From: a virus
Lineage: Duplodnaviria > Heunggongvirae > Uroviricota > Caudoviricetes
Reading direction: 5' to 3' (one strand)
Length of the DNA: 64,000 nucleotides
Virus record (IMG/VR): IMGVR_UViG_3300024333_000003
The position numbers were made by a program, and so were the translations under genes. Under the pieces are notes generated by a model, which did no database searches, was not told the origin of the DNA, and worked only from the letters and a program-made list of their open reading frames with translations. This document shows positions 28,987 through 39,393 of this stretch, in pieces. Position 1 is the stretch's first letter. Every line of letters begins with the position of its first letter.

Positions 28987-31167
28987 ATGGATCAACAAAA
29001 TCCATATTCAGCAGATATTGCTAATTCTTTACATTTAGCAAGAGAATTAGCAATTGATGCTGGTAATCCAACAATAGAGAGTGAACACATTCTCTTAGCC
29101 ATTATACAACTAAAAACAGCTGGCTATAGTTTTTTAGCGAAACAGCTATCTGTGCCAACCTTGCAGATTGCTCTTAGAAAGATAATTAATCAGAACTCAT
29201 CTTCAGTGACGGTAGAAGGTAACATCTTGTTATCTAAACCAGTTTCACAGGCTTTACTACAGTTACGACGTTTTGCTAATGCAGACAGCAAAGATTTTTT
29301 ACTTGCGCTAGCGGCGCAAGCTGGTTGTACAGCACAATTAGTATTGGAACGACACGGATTTAATGTGCGTACCAATGTTTCAACAACCGAGCCTAAAACT
29401 AATGCTGAGCCCACTGATAATGCAACACCCGCATTAGACGCATTTTCCATCGATTTAACAAAACTTGCATCAGAGGCAAAACTTGATCCGGTAGTAAATA
29501 GGATGAAGGAAATAAATCGTATAACGGAAATTTTAGGGCGTCGTAAGAAGAATAATCCTATTCTTGTCGGTGAGCCGGGGGTCGGAAAATCTGCGATTGT
29601 CGAGGGGCTAGCTTTAAAATTGGCAAAAGGCGAAGTAGCCCACTCGTTGCAGGGAAAGCGCATTGTCTCTTTAAATATGGCATCTATCGTGGCGGGCACT
29701 AAGCTGAGAGGTCAATTTGAGGAAAGACTAAAAGCCGTTATTGACGAACTTCAAAAGAATAAAGATATAATAGTTTTTATAGACGAAGTTCATACTTTGA
29801 TTGGATCAGGTGGACCCGAAGGTACCGGAGATGCGGCTAACATGCTTAAACCTGCGTTAGCACGCGGCGAAATACAGTGTATTGGTTCAACTACGTACGA
29901 TGATTATCGTAAGTATATTGAACGCGATCCGGCGCTTGAACGTCGATTTCAAAAACTCACTGTAAATCCACCTACAATAGAAGAAACTATAACTATTTTA
30001 AATCAAATAACACCGCTTTACGAGGAATATCATAAAGTAAAATATGCTGAAGGATTAACCAACATGATTGTTAATCTCAGCGATCGTTATATCACTGACA
30101 GATATTTACCTGATAAAGCTATTGATATATTTGATGAAGCAGGTAGTGTTGCGCACATATCTGAACAATCCGAAGTTACTGAAGAGACAGTACGTAAAGT
30201 GGTATCTACGATGACTGGCGTACCGATGACTTCTATCGGGCAATCGGAACGGGATCGCTTAAAGGATTTGGAAAGCAATCTAAATAAAGTTGTTGTTGGG
30301 CAAGAAGAAGCAATAGCTATGTTAGTAAAAGCAGTCAAACGCGCACGAACAGGCGTACAAAATGTAAAAAAACCATTCAGTGCGTTACTACTAGGTCCAA
30401 CTGGTGTTGGTAAGACAGAGACAGCAAAACAACTTGCTAAATGTTTATTTGATTCCGAAGATGCTTTGCTACGTGTGGATATGAGTGAACTGTCTGAAGC
30501 TCATTCTATATCTAAATTAATAGGATCACCTCCTGGCTATGTTGGTTATGATGAAGGCGGCCAATTAACTGAACGCGTGCGACAAAAACCATATTCTATT
30601 GTATTGTTAGATGAAGTGGAAAAAGCACACCATGATGTGTTTAACGTGTTTCTACAAGTTTTTGACGACGGTATTTTAACAGATGGACGTGGAAAAAATG
30701 TTAACTTTAAAAATACAATTCTTCTAATGACCTCTAATATAGGTACGGTAGAAGCAGCTAAATCTAAACTCGGATTTAGCAACGATAATGATAAAAAGTC
30801 CAAAGACGCAAAACGCAACGAAGCGTTAAAAACCCATTTTCGTCCAGAATTTTTGAACAGAATCGATGAGATAGTACATTATAATGATTTATCTCAAGAG
30901 GCTGTAAAGAAAATTTTAGAGTTATATTTAAAACAAATGAGTGTACAAGTAATTTTATCCCCAGAAGCAACTGATTATCTAGTTGCTAATGGCTATTCTA
31001 AGGAATATGGAGCTCGTCCTCTACGCAGACTTGTACAAAATAAAATCGAATCCCCAATAGCTGATCTATTAATAGATTCTCCGGAACTAGATTTATTCGA
31101 TGCAGCTGTTGTTGAAGACACGATTAAAGTTACACCACAAATTATAGTAAAAGAACAGGAAATATAA
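28987..31167 (+). CDS. ClpA/ClpC-type AAA+ unfoldase (two AAA modules plus Clp_N repeats)
   Basis: N-domain repeats; Walker A GEPGVGKSAIVEGLA (D1) and LLLGPTGVGKTETAKQLA (D2); sensor/arginine blocks GARPLRR. Confidence 0.75.
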   Translation: MDQQNPYSADIANSLHLARELAIDAGNPTIESEHILLAIIQLKTAGYSFLAKQLSVPTLQIALRKIINQNSSSVTVEGNILLSKPVSQALLQLRRFANADSKDFLLALAAQAGCTAQLVLERHGFNVRTNVSTTEPKTNAEPTDNATPALDAFSIDLTKLASEAKLDPVVNRMKEINRITEILGRRKKNNPILVGEPGVGKSAIVEGLALKLAKGEVAHSLQGKRIVSLNMASIVAGTKLRGQFEERLKAVIDELQKNKDIIVFIDEVHTLIGSGGPEGTGDAANMLKPALARGEIQCIGSTTYDDYRKYIERDPALERRFQKLTVNPPTIEETITILNQITPLYEEYHKVKYAEGLTNMIVNLSDRYITDRYLPDKAIDIFDEAGSVAHISEQSEVTEETVRKVVSTMTGVPMTSIGQSERDRLKDLESNLNKVVVGQEEAIAMLVKAVKRARTGVQNVKKPFSALLLGPTGVGKTETAKQLAKCLFDSEDALLRVDMSELSEAHSISKLIGSPPGYVGYDEGGQLTERVRQKPYSIVLLDEVEKAHHDVFNVFLQVFDDGILTDGRGKNVNFKNTILLMTSNIGTVEAAKSKLGFSNDNDKKSKDAKRNEALKTHFRPEFLNRIDEIVHYNDLSQEAVKKILELYLKQMSVQVILSPEATDYLVANGYSKEYGARPLRRLVQNKIESPIADLLIDSPELDLFDAAVVEDTIKVTPQIIVKEQEI

Positions 31168-32138
31168 TGAAACTGTTTTTATTTGACGTACGTGAATTAG
31201 CAGCAGGTTCACAATTCATTCTACAACCCGGGGACGCTGGTATTGGAATCCATTTAAAGGAAGATAACCAGACGATCTCGATGCAACCCGGCGTACCCGA
31301 ACATCGTATTATACATTCTAAAGGCGTGGTAGTTTTTGGTATACCCAGGCTACTAAAGCAGGATCAACGTAATTCAACTACTTCAGTTGCAATGCAGGTG
31401 TATAATTTTGTAAAACAATTACCTGATTGGGATCCTAATTATGTATATAGACCGGTGTTTGATGTCACAGTAGATGATGCAATAGCTTTGGCATTAATGG
31501 ATAAGAAACACAGACAAAAATTACTGTTATCCGGAACAAAATTATCAGCATTATTAACTGAATTAAACGAATGGACTGCGAATAGATACAATTTTGTAAA
31601 AACCAGCAATCCAAGACTCTTAAATTATTTATTAAAAATACATCCATATCCTTTCTACGATTATGTCGGGAAATCTCGAACTGAGTTATGCGAATTATCT
31701 CTTCTGGATCTTACAGAGGCAGTTGTAAAAGATTTCGATAATATCGAGCCGGTGCTTCGTACTTATCCCGATGAATTGAAGTATGATATATTACATGAAA
31801 ATGACCGTTCTGTACTTATTCGATCAAAAACCGATCGCTATGGCGCAGACGATCTTATAGCACAGCAGTTATTTGAATTTCGTCCAAACGTGGTTCGTGT
31901 GATTATTGCACGTAAAATCAAAAACACAACAAAGCACTTTATAACAATTTGCAACTCAAATATTTATAACTCTGACTTAAATGTATATAATTACGTAGAC
32001 ACCAAAGAATTAAATATCGGTGAGAAAAAAGTCAGCGGCGAACCCGAGTGGAAAAATTTAAAGGTCACTGCTTTGGGGCCCAGAAAAGGAACTGCATTGG
32101 CCTTAGATATTGTATGGCAACATGCACAGATAAAATAA
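31167..32138 (+). CDS. hypothetical protein
   Basis: 323-aa ORF. Confidence 0.4.
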   Translation: MKLFLFDVRELAAGSQFILQPGDAGIGIHLKEDNQTISMQPGVPEHRIIHSKGVVVFGIPRLLKQDQRNSTTSVAMQVYNFVKQLPDWDPNYVYRPVFDVTVDDAIALALMDKKHRQKLLLSGTKLSALLTELNEWTANRYNFVKTSNPRLLNYLLKIHPYPFYDYVGKSRTELCELSLLDLTEAVVKDFDNIEPVLRTYPDELKYDILHENDRSVLIRSKTDRYGADDLIAQQLFEFRPNVVRVIIARKIKNTTKHFITICNSNIYNSDLNVYNYVDTKELNIGEKKVSGEPEWKNLKVTALGPRKGTALALDIVWQHAQIK

Positions 32139-32521
32139 ATTACTGGTTATTAGATTGGGCAAATATTACACGTGGTACACCGGATATACTAAGTCAAGGA
32201 CACTCTGAACATGATGCTAAAACTTTGACATCTACGCAACTGTTAACAACAGAACCAGATTTTAATTTTTTAGCGCGTTTTGTAATAAGTCCCAATGAGA
32301 TAGAACAATTTCCAACAGAATTTCATATTGACGATGTCTTAAATAATAGACTTTCTATCGATCTAATTAAAGGAGCCAAACATTTTTTTCTACTTGGTGA
32401 TCGATATGAAATTGTCGGAAAATTGTCAAATAGTATCAATAGTTATTTTAAGATTCAAAATATAATGGGGTTCCACGTTGTCTTAATTAAGACATTTAGG
32501 TTAGGGGCTCCACTAGATTAA
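32048..32521 (+). CDS. hypothetical protein
   Basis: 157-aa ORF overlapping the previous ORF in another frame; lower confidence. Confidence 0.3.
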   Translation: MEKFKGHCFGAQKRNCIGLRYCMATCTDKINYWLLDWANITRGTPDILSQGHSEHDAKTLTSTQLLTTEPDFNFLARFVISPNEIEQFPTEFHIDDVLNNRLSIDLIKGAKHFFLLGDRYEIVGKLSNSINSYFKIQNIMGFHVVLIKTFRLGAPLD

Positions 32522-32522
32522 A

Positions 32523-32553
32523 ATAGGGTACGTTGTACCCTATTTTTTTTTAT
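32523..32553. terminator. bidirectional Rho-independent terminator between convergent genes
   Basis: atagggtac-gtt-gtaccctat hairpin flanked by A-run and T-run. Confidence 0.65.
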
Positions 32554-32557
32554 TATC

Positions 32558-35500
32558 TTAATAAAATTGCTTCTTTTCAGGATCTAGTTCTTGTCCGAAA
32601 GAGGTACCTTGTAAATAAGCCGGCATTGGATCCGTGCCTTTTAAATTAGTTTCGTAACCCATCGCAGCCCCCTCCTGAATGGTTTGTTTTAATCTGTTGG
32701 TTGTTAAGCGACTTAACCAATCTTCTGACTCCAATGGCAAGACATCAATACTTTTGAAGAATGGTGTATATGCTATTAATGGTTTTCCATTTAAAGCCAA
32801 TTCACGGTTTATTTTTTTCACCGCTGTAACAGGTACTGTATCACCACGTAGCCAGGTTACTGGAGTATCGGTCGGTATATCAGTTATTTCTGCAAAATTA
32901 CTAGTTCCTCTTATTACCGTCTCGATTGATTTTCGTGCAAACTTTTTATCATATATATTGTTTATTTCATCGGCCGTGTATAATTGCGCTGTCAAATGAT
33001 CCTTTAATTGCGAAAGCTCTTGCGGTTTTATACTACCCATGGTTAGTGCATCACCCTTCTTTATAGTTTGCCCAACAGAAACTTTAATTGTCAATCCGTG
33101 TGGTATATAATATCGTTTGTCTTGAATATACAAATCATGACCGCCGGCTGGATTCGGTAAAATAGATTTTACAATTCCCGCCTCTTCTGCTAACACTGCT
33201 TTATCTACGACGGTTTGAGGAACATATAATAATTCCTTCAAACGAGGGAATCCGGCCAAAATACCTCCTTTAGTACCAGCTACTCCGCCTGTATGAAATG
33301 TCTGCAATGTTAGTTGTGTGGAACGCTCGGTGATAGCTTCTGCGTCTAATATACCAACATTTTCGCCGATACGTGGCGGGGTTCCGTTGGCCATTAGTCC
33401 ATAACATTTAATGCATACACCGCCATCCGATTCACACAATAAAGGAGAACGTACCGGAAGTAACTCAATCTTTTTACGTCTTGCCTTGTTAATTAAATCT
33501 ACATCAACTAATTCATTACGTACACCTACACCACCAATTGTTTTTGCCAAATATCTGTCAAATATTTCTTTACTGTCAATAGCTATTTCTATATATTCTG
33601 GTGTGCCGCAATCATCTTCTACTACTAATAAGTTTTTGGTATTGAATAACAACTCTTTATTTAGTCCACCGCTTTCCTGAGTATTGATAGATTTATCTAC
33701 AACGCCTTTTCTAGCGCCATAAGATTGATTCCAATAATCGAACGTATCTACTCCTTCTGACCACGATTTTTTTATCGGAAATGGAATAGGATTACCGTGA
33801 ACGTCTTCTACTACACCAGGCATTGATAATATTTGTGTTATTTGCCCAGCTTTATTAGTACTTCCACTTCGTAGCATATCATAGAATCTATTTTTATCTT
33901 TTAATTCCTTATCTTGTTCGTGCTGTATTTCTTTTTTTGCGGCCATATATAATTCTATACGCTTTTCCGCAGGTGTTTTAGAAGTAATTTGTTTCTCGTA
34001 CTTATTTAATATTCTATCTCTAAATGAGCGATCAATAGCTAAATCTGTTATTGAAAGGGTGCTTCCACGATCTATGGCATATTGTCTTCCAACGTTTTTA
34101 AAATGATCCATAATTTTTCCAAATTCGTTAGGATGATTTTTGTACAACACGTCAATTAGATTTTTTACATATTTAGAATCAAATTCTTGTTTATAATCCT
34201 GCAATTCTTTTGGTAGGGCGCTATTAACTAGTAATTTTCCTAGCGTTATAGTTTTACCATGCATTATAAATTGATCTTGCATATCTAATCCAGCACGTAA
34301 TGCATCCTTTGCTGTTTTAAATGTTCTACGAGTATTTTTACCTGGAACTGTTAAAAAATATAATCCAAGCTGATAATCCTGACTCAGCTGATGCATATGT
34401 TCTTTATCACCTGCTTTATGTAGATTTTTACTTGGCAACATATCTTTGGCTTCATTTACTGCTGCCTCTGATACCGGAACATGTATGCTTGCAGTATCTC
34501 CATCGAAGTCCATATTTAATCCTTTTACAATTAATGGATTGACTCGGATACTCATACCGTCAAAACGTTCCGGATAAAAAGCTTGCACATTATGTTTATG
34601 TAATGAAGGTGCACGATTCATTAATACCGGACGTTCTTTTATTACTACATTTAAAGCTTGATCCGCGATAGGAGACCATTCTCGATATTGTTTTATCGCT
34701 TCTATCGGTTTATAGCCCTGTCGAACTAATTCACGTATAACAAATGGCTTCATAATACTACGAAGCATTGGTTCAGGTAAACCGATCTGATCGATACCTA
34801 TAGATGGTTCTACAGTTACTGTTGATCGCGCAGATAAATCTTGTCGACGGCCCCAAACTTTATTCTGTATGAAACCTTCTTTTGGAGAATCTCCCGCCAA
34901 CGTCTTTAACAATCCTTCATATTTTTCACGAGTATAGGTTATTGGATCAATTAACCCATCCAGCGCGCGCAGGCCTTGATATAAAGCAACGCGGTTGGTT
35001 TTGTTAAATTCTGTAGGGTCAACACCAGATTTTTTAATTTCCTTCAGCTGATTATTTATAAGTGAAATATTATGGTAATGCTTATTTACAGGCGATACCT
35101 GTAAATCTCCCGATGGTAATGGATAGATCGGTCTGAAAATCGGGGGCAACACTGGGATAGCCTTCATAATGTAAGCTTCTTCTGGAGCCAACTTAAAATC
35201 TTTAAGCACTTGTAAATATCTAACTCTTTTATTTAACATATTTACTTGAGTCGGCCCCGCGGTCTGTAGGGCTTTGCGAGTTTTTAACAGCTCTTTGGGC
35301 ACATCTATATTTCTTAGTAACTTATGTATTAATTTTGTTCCAGTTAAGCCGTCGATTTGTAGCTCTTCTCTCATAACCTGATCATATTGTCGACCATTTA
35401 ATCCTATTAATGATTGTATAGCTGATTCAAATATAGGATTGGGCATAGGTTCAGCTAATAGCATATGATTCCAATTTGTACCTTTTAGTCCACCACCAGT

Positions 35501-38500
35501 TAACTTTGGATCAAAAAGACCTCCTTCTATTTCTGCGAGATCTTTTCCACGCAACATATGTCCCGCATCTTTTATTTCTCCAGAACTCCACGTCAAAACG
35601 TCTTTTGTCGTAGCCGGAAATAACTTCATTTTGTAACCATTTTTAGATACATTAATACCGGCAGCCTTCATATATGATAACATTTTATCGAATACAAAGT
35701 TTTTTTGCGGCCTTGGTGGAGGAAAGCCTAATTGAAGATTACGCCAGTACTCATCGTTTTTCTGAGATTTCACCGCCGCAAATTCAAATAAATTCTGTCT
35801 GGCACCGTGCGCCAGTAATGCGTATGTTTGTAGAGGATCTATTGATTGCCCACCCTCTTCTCCCTTTGCAGGTTGTTCGTTTGCATCATATGTTCCAGGG
35901 ATATCACGACTCTTAAATTTATGCTCTACTATGTGTAATAGTTTGAGATAATATTTTACACCCCAGAATACAGGGGCCTTTGTCATCGGTTTGCCATCTT
36001 TGGTGTATAAAATTTCTTCGGCGGGGATCTTATTATTTTTCAGTTCCCCTATAATATTCTTTAAGTAATCTTCGCCAGAGAAGTTTTTTACAATATATGG
36101 TTTCCCAGTTTTATAAGCTATTTTTCCTGCAGCGGTCTCAAGCATCTGACCCATATTCATACGACCCACTACACCATGAGGGTTGAATAAAATATCTATA
36201 CGTGTGCCATCTTTTGTATATGGAGCTTCGTCATCTGATATAATTTTTGTTACTATACCTTTGTCTCCATAACGTGCAGCTAATTTGTCACCAACGACTA
36301 AAGGTTGTTCTTCATAAATCCACACTATAATAGAATTACCTATTCTACGAACATATTTTATAATGCCTTCATGTTCTCCATCCCATATTAAAGAACGATC
36401 ACGATATGGATTAGATATTACTTTGTGCATCTGTTTTAATATTTTTTCGGTATCCGTCAATTCCACGCGAGAAAGATATGCTATCAGTACCTCGCCTGGG
36501 AGAACGCGTTCACCCTCTTTTATTACACCAGTTTCATCAAGTTTTGCAAGGTTTATGTTGTTAATTTTTTCTGGAAAATACGAAACAAATTTTTGTTTAT
36601 CTAATATACCGGTCGCGCTTGTTTGCAGACTTTTCTTTAATATTACTGTTGATGTTAATTTATTGGCTAATGATTCGGTCACAACTATACCGTCTTCAAA
36701 ATTATATCCATACCATGGCATATAAGCCACAGTAGCATTGATGCCATAAGCATAATTACCAGATGCATCTGTAAAATTATTTTTTGCCAGTACATCAAAA
36801 GGTTTTATACGATCTCCTGGCTTTACTAGCGGGGTCGATTGTAAGAAACTATCTTGGTTAAGCGGAAAATCATTATATAAACCAATTTTATGTTTTTCAC
36901 CTGCATCTGTTTTTATAGTAATGTAATCTTTATCTACAGCAGTAACTACGCCTTTGCCCACATCATCCCTGATTCTTGTAGTGGCGATCATACCAAGTAT
37001 TTCGTCCATTGTACGCCCGCTCGGAGCCTGTACTTTTACTAATGGGCTTTCTGCATTTTTTAATGGTACCGCCTGACTTGCCATTTTTGCCGCAACTGCA
37101 GCGCGGTTTCCTGAATTTGTGCCCAGAAATGGTATTAAATTTGTTGTCCAGCCAAACATAGATGTTGGATCAAGCAAGTAAGCATCTACTTCCGATTTTG
37201 GCACTTCATCGACTTGCCCGCGATACATTATTTTTATTTGATCGTGCTGAGCTCTCCCTTTTTCATGTTGATCCGGATATCCAATTTTCATGTCATAAAA
37301 CTCGATTGGAGTAACTTCTTTCTGTGTGCCATTTGGCATTATGATAGTAGTAGTTAAATCTTTACCGCGTTTTCTTACTCCTAATCCTAGACTTAAAGTA
37401 ACGCCGACTTTATGACCTTCGGGAGTATGCAATGGATCTAAATATCCTAGATGCGTTGGATGTACATCACGTGTTTTAAAAGTTATTGAATGTTCGGATT
37501 GTATGGCACCAGTACCGGTTACGGTTGTCTTTCTCCATTCCGAGGCCATCTCCACTGGATTAGTTTGAGGAGAAGGATTACTCAAGTCACCTGTTGTGAA
37601 AAATTTTCGTATTGGTTCCGTATAAGTATCAGTAGAAATAATTTCTCGTATGTTCTTTTTATTATCTGTGCGATAACGCAAATTTTTGACTACATCCTTT
37701 GTTGTTTTAGAAAAGTATTCTTCTAATTGTTCGTCTACCGTGTATAATTGTTTAAACAACAATGAATCACGCTCATCTTCAGGAGTCTCACCTTTCATAA
37801 CTTTTAATAATTTAGTTGCGCTGGCCAGTAGGGCGGTCGGTGATACTCGATCATACGAATCACCTAATGTTATTTTTGTTACCTCCGGATCCATTCTAGT
37901 ATCGTCAAAATATGTACGTATATTTTCTAACGCTTCGTTATATCCTAATCGTTGCCGTCTTAATTTCTCATATAATAACGGTATTTCTTTTTCTGCTTCA
38001 TTTATTCCCGCCGCCTTGTTTTTGTCAAACAGCTCTTGCCCCCACGCCTTTATCATTTCTTGCTGCGTAGTACCTAAGGCATTTAATAATGTATAAAGAT
38101 GAAAACGTTGTTTTGCTACATAAAGATAAAATACACCTTCAGCCGGATCCAATTCCATTTTAAAATTATAACCGACAGCAAGATTAAAGAACGATTCCAT
38201 TTCACCATTTTCTTTTTGTCGTGTATAAACTCCGGGCTTTAGACGAAATTGATTTATAGTAGTATATTCGTTACCACCTATGATCATTGAAAATCTGTCG
38301 GTAAGTTTTGGAATATTTGCTATCTTCATATCTTTTATTTCATCTATAATCATGTTTGTTTGATTATCTCGCAAACGGAACGAAGCATAAACAGGTATTT
38401 GCCAGGTTTTTCCAAGTAACTTAGTCTCTTTTTGGGCTGGTAAATCCCGGTCGTCCAGCACATCTTTTATCTTTGGCGATCCGATTAGTTCCAAGGTATG

Positions 38501-38638
38501 ATGTGTGCCGATAACAGGAAATTGTCTTTTTATAGATTGTTGTAAAGCATTTTGAATGAATTCATTTTGACGCGCCGGATTCAGTTTGTTTTCTGCGCTA
38601 CCACGTGATTCAGCATGTACTGGTATGGATAATGGCAT
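32558..38638 (-). CDS. DNA-directed RNA polymerase, fused beta-beta' subunit (single 2026-aa polypeptide)
   Basis: beta-type block AARYGDKGIVTKIISDDEAPYTKDGTRIDILFNPHGVVGRMNMGQMLE (cf. RpoB GRHGNKGV...NPLGVPSRMN) followed, in the same ORF, by beta' catalytic block GLNMDFDGDTASIHVPVS (NADFDGD); RBS aggag upstream. Confidence 0.8.
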   Translation of the reverse strand: MPLSIPVHAESRGSAENKLNPARQNEFIQNALQQSIKRQFPVIGTHHTLELIGSPKIKDVLDDRDLPAQKETKLLGKTWQIPVYASFRLRDNQTNMIIDEIKDMKIANIPKLTDRFSMIIGGNEYTTINQFRLKPGVYTRQKENGEMESFFNLAVGYNFKMELDPAEGVFYLYVAKQRFHLYTLLNALGTTQQEMIKAWGQELFDKNKAAGINEAEKEIPLLYEKLRRQRLGYNEALENIRTYFDDTRMDPEVTKITLGDSYDRVSPTALLASATKLLKVMKGETPEDERDSLLFKQLYTVDEQLEEYFSKTTKDVVKNLRYRTDNKKNIREIISTDTYTEPIRKFFTTGDLSNPSPQTNPVEMASEWRKTTVTGTGAIQSEHSITFKTRDVHPTHLGYLDPLHTPEGHKVGVTLSLGLGVRKRGKDLTTTIIMPNGTQKEVTPIEFYDMKIGYPDQHEKGRAQHDQIKIMYRGQVDEVPKSEVDAYLLDPTSMFGWTTNLIPFLGTNSGNRAAVAAKMASQAVPLKNAESPLVKVQAPSGRTMDEILGMIATTRIRDDVGKGVVTAVDKDYITIKTDAGEKHKIGLYNDFPLNQDSFLQSTPLVKPGDRIKPFDVLAKNNFTDASGNYAYGINATVAYMPWYGYNFEDGIVVTESLANKLTSTVILKKSLQTSATGILDKQKFVSYFPEKINNINLAKLDETGVIKEGERVLPGEVLIAYLSRVELTDTEKILKQMHKVISNPYRDRSLIWDGEHEGIIKYVRRIGNSIIVWIYEEQPLVVGDKLAARYGDKGIVTKIISDDEAPYTKDGTRIDILFNPHGVVGRMNMGQMLETAAGKIAYKTGKPYIVKNFSGEDYLKNIIGELKNNKIPAEEILYTKDGKPMTKAPVFWGVKYYLKLLHIVEHKFKSRDIPGTYDANEQPAKGEEGGQSIDPLQTYALLAHGARQNLFEFAAVKSQKNDEYWRNLQLGFPPPRPQKNFVFDKMLSYMKAAGINVSKNGYKMKLFPATTKDVLTWSSGEIKDAGHMLRGKDLAEIEGGLFDPKLTGGGLKGTNWNHMLLAEPMPNPIFESAIQSLIGLNGRQYDQVMREELQIDGLTGTKLIHKLLRNIDVPKELLKTRKALQTAGPTQVNMLNKRVRYLQVLKDFKLAPEEAYIMKAIPVLPPIFRPIYPLPSGDLQVSPVNKHYHNISLINNQLKEIKKSGVDPTEFNKTNRVALYQGLRALDGLIDPITYTREKYEGLLKTLAGDSPKEGFIQNKVWGRRQDLSARSTVTVEPSIGIDQIGLPEPMLRSIMKPFVIRELVRQGYKPIEAIKQYREWSPIADQALNVVIKERPVLMNRAPSLHKHNVQAFYPERFDGMSIRVNPLIVKGLNMDFDGDTASIHVPVSEAAVNEAKDMLPSKNLHKAGDKEHMHQLSQDYQLGLYFLTVPGKNTRRTFKTAKDALRAGLDMQDQFIMHGKTITLGKLLVNSALPKELQDYKQEFDSKYVKNLIDVLYKNHPNEFGKIMDHFKNVGRQYAIDRGSTLSITDLAIDRSFRDRILNKYEKQITSKTPAEKRIELYMAAKKEIQHEQDKELKDKNRFYDMLRSGSTNKAGQITQILSMPGVVEDVHGNPIPFPIKKSWSEGVDTFDYWNQSYGARKGVVDKSINTQESGGLNKELLFNTKNLLVVEDDCGTPEYIEIAIDSKEIFDRYLAKTIGGVGVRNELVDVDLINKARRKKIELLPVRSPLLCESDGGVCIKCYGLMANGTPPRIGENVGILDAEAITERSTQLTLQTFHTGGVAGTKGGILAGFPRLKELLYVPQTVVDKAVLAEEAGIVKSILPNPAGGHDLYIQDKRYYIPHGLTIKVSVGQTIKKGDALTMGSIKPQELSQLKDHLTAQLYTADEINNIYDKKFARKSIETVIRGTSNFAEITDIPTDTPVTWLRGDTVPVTAVKKINRELALNGKPLIAYTPFFKSIDVLPLESEDWLSRLTTNRLKQTIQEGAAMGYETNLKGTDPMPAYLQGTSFGQELDPEKKQFY

Positions 38639-38692
38639 AATATTCTCCTAATAGTATATTATAATATATATATAAAACAAAATCAAGTCTTT

Positions 38693-38702
38693 TGGTATAA
38701 GA
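38693..38702 (+). promoter_or_regulatory. TGGTATAAGA extended -10 element upstream of ORF 38745
   Basis: motif recurrence. Confidence 0.45.
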
Positions 38703-38744
38703 ATATGTGAGAACTATACGGTAATTACGAAAGCAAGGTGATAA

Positions 38745-39164
38745 ATGGCTGAATCCACTAATAACGTCCCCAAGACTATAGATGAGTGGGTTGATCTTGT
38801 CTGTGAAAAAGGGGACAGCAAATTGACGCGGGAATGTATAGCTGGATGTTTTAAAGATTGCGGAGCAATAATTAATTATGCGGAACTTGCAAGGCGTATT
38901 ATTAAGATACGTGACGCGATCAAACAACAAGAAGCTTATAAATCTGCGGCTACGTTTAGTTGGGCATTAACCAACATAGAACAATATGTAGATGACAAGA
39001 ATAAAAATAATAAACCTATTACTTCCGACTTGATAGTTGCTTTTTTAAAGAACACACAACACGGAAGGGCTCAGGTAAATCCTATGAAGGATATTTTTAA
39101 TTCTGCTTGCTCTACTGACAAAAAAGCTCCTTTGGGACCGGGCTCAAAAGATCCCACGACGTAA
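38745..39164 (+). CDS. hypothetical protein
   Basis: 139-aa ORF. Confidence 0.4.
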   Translation: MAESTNNVPKTIDEWVDLVCEKGDSKLTRECIAGCFKDCGAIINYAELARRIIKIRDAIKQQEAYKSAATFSWALTNIEQYVDDKNKNNKPITSDLIVAFLKNTQHGRAQVNPMKDIFNSACSTDKKAPLGPGSKDPTT

Positions 39165-39359
39165 TAACTTCGTCAACTATTCAGTCGACTGACATCTGCT
39201 CATCAGCGACGCTGTACAGTGTTCCAATCCGGATCGCTGTCCACTCACCTCTTAGAGTATAGGAGGTCACCATGGATACCTATTATATCCTTGATGGTGG
39301 ATGGAGACCGTAATTTCGGTTAGAAAGGACAGTAATAAGTATTTACTGTTCTTTTTTTT

Positions 39360-39369
39360 TGGTATAAGA
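39360..39369 (+). promoter_or_regulatory. TGGTATAAGA extended -10 element
   Basis: sits inside the annotated ORF 39301..39936, which argues for the downstream ATG 39394 as the real start. Confidence 0.45.
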
Positions 39370-39393
39370 TTTAATGTCTTAGGACATTTTACT

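Noticed and set aside
287-31647. Numerous short minus-strand ORFs (e.g. 287..478, 1465..1728, 2259..2459, 3485..3679, 14378..14605, 19054..19627, 27437..27698, 29190..30970, 31465..31647) antisense to longer + strand genes
   Set aside because: All are embedded antisense in better-supported genes, with low-complexity or hydrophobic junk translations and no independent signals.
32679-38096. Multiple + strand ORFs (32679, 33411, 34321, 35674, 36363, 37490, 37686) inside the RNAP gene
   Set aside because: Antisense to a 6-kb ORF with strong conserved RNAP motifs; low-complexity translations; shadow ORFs.
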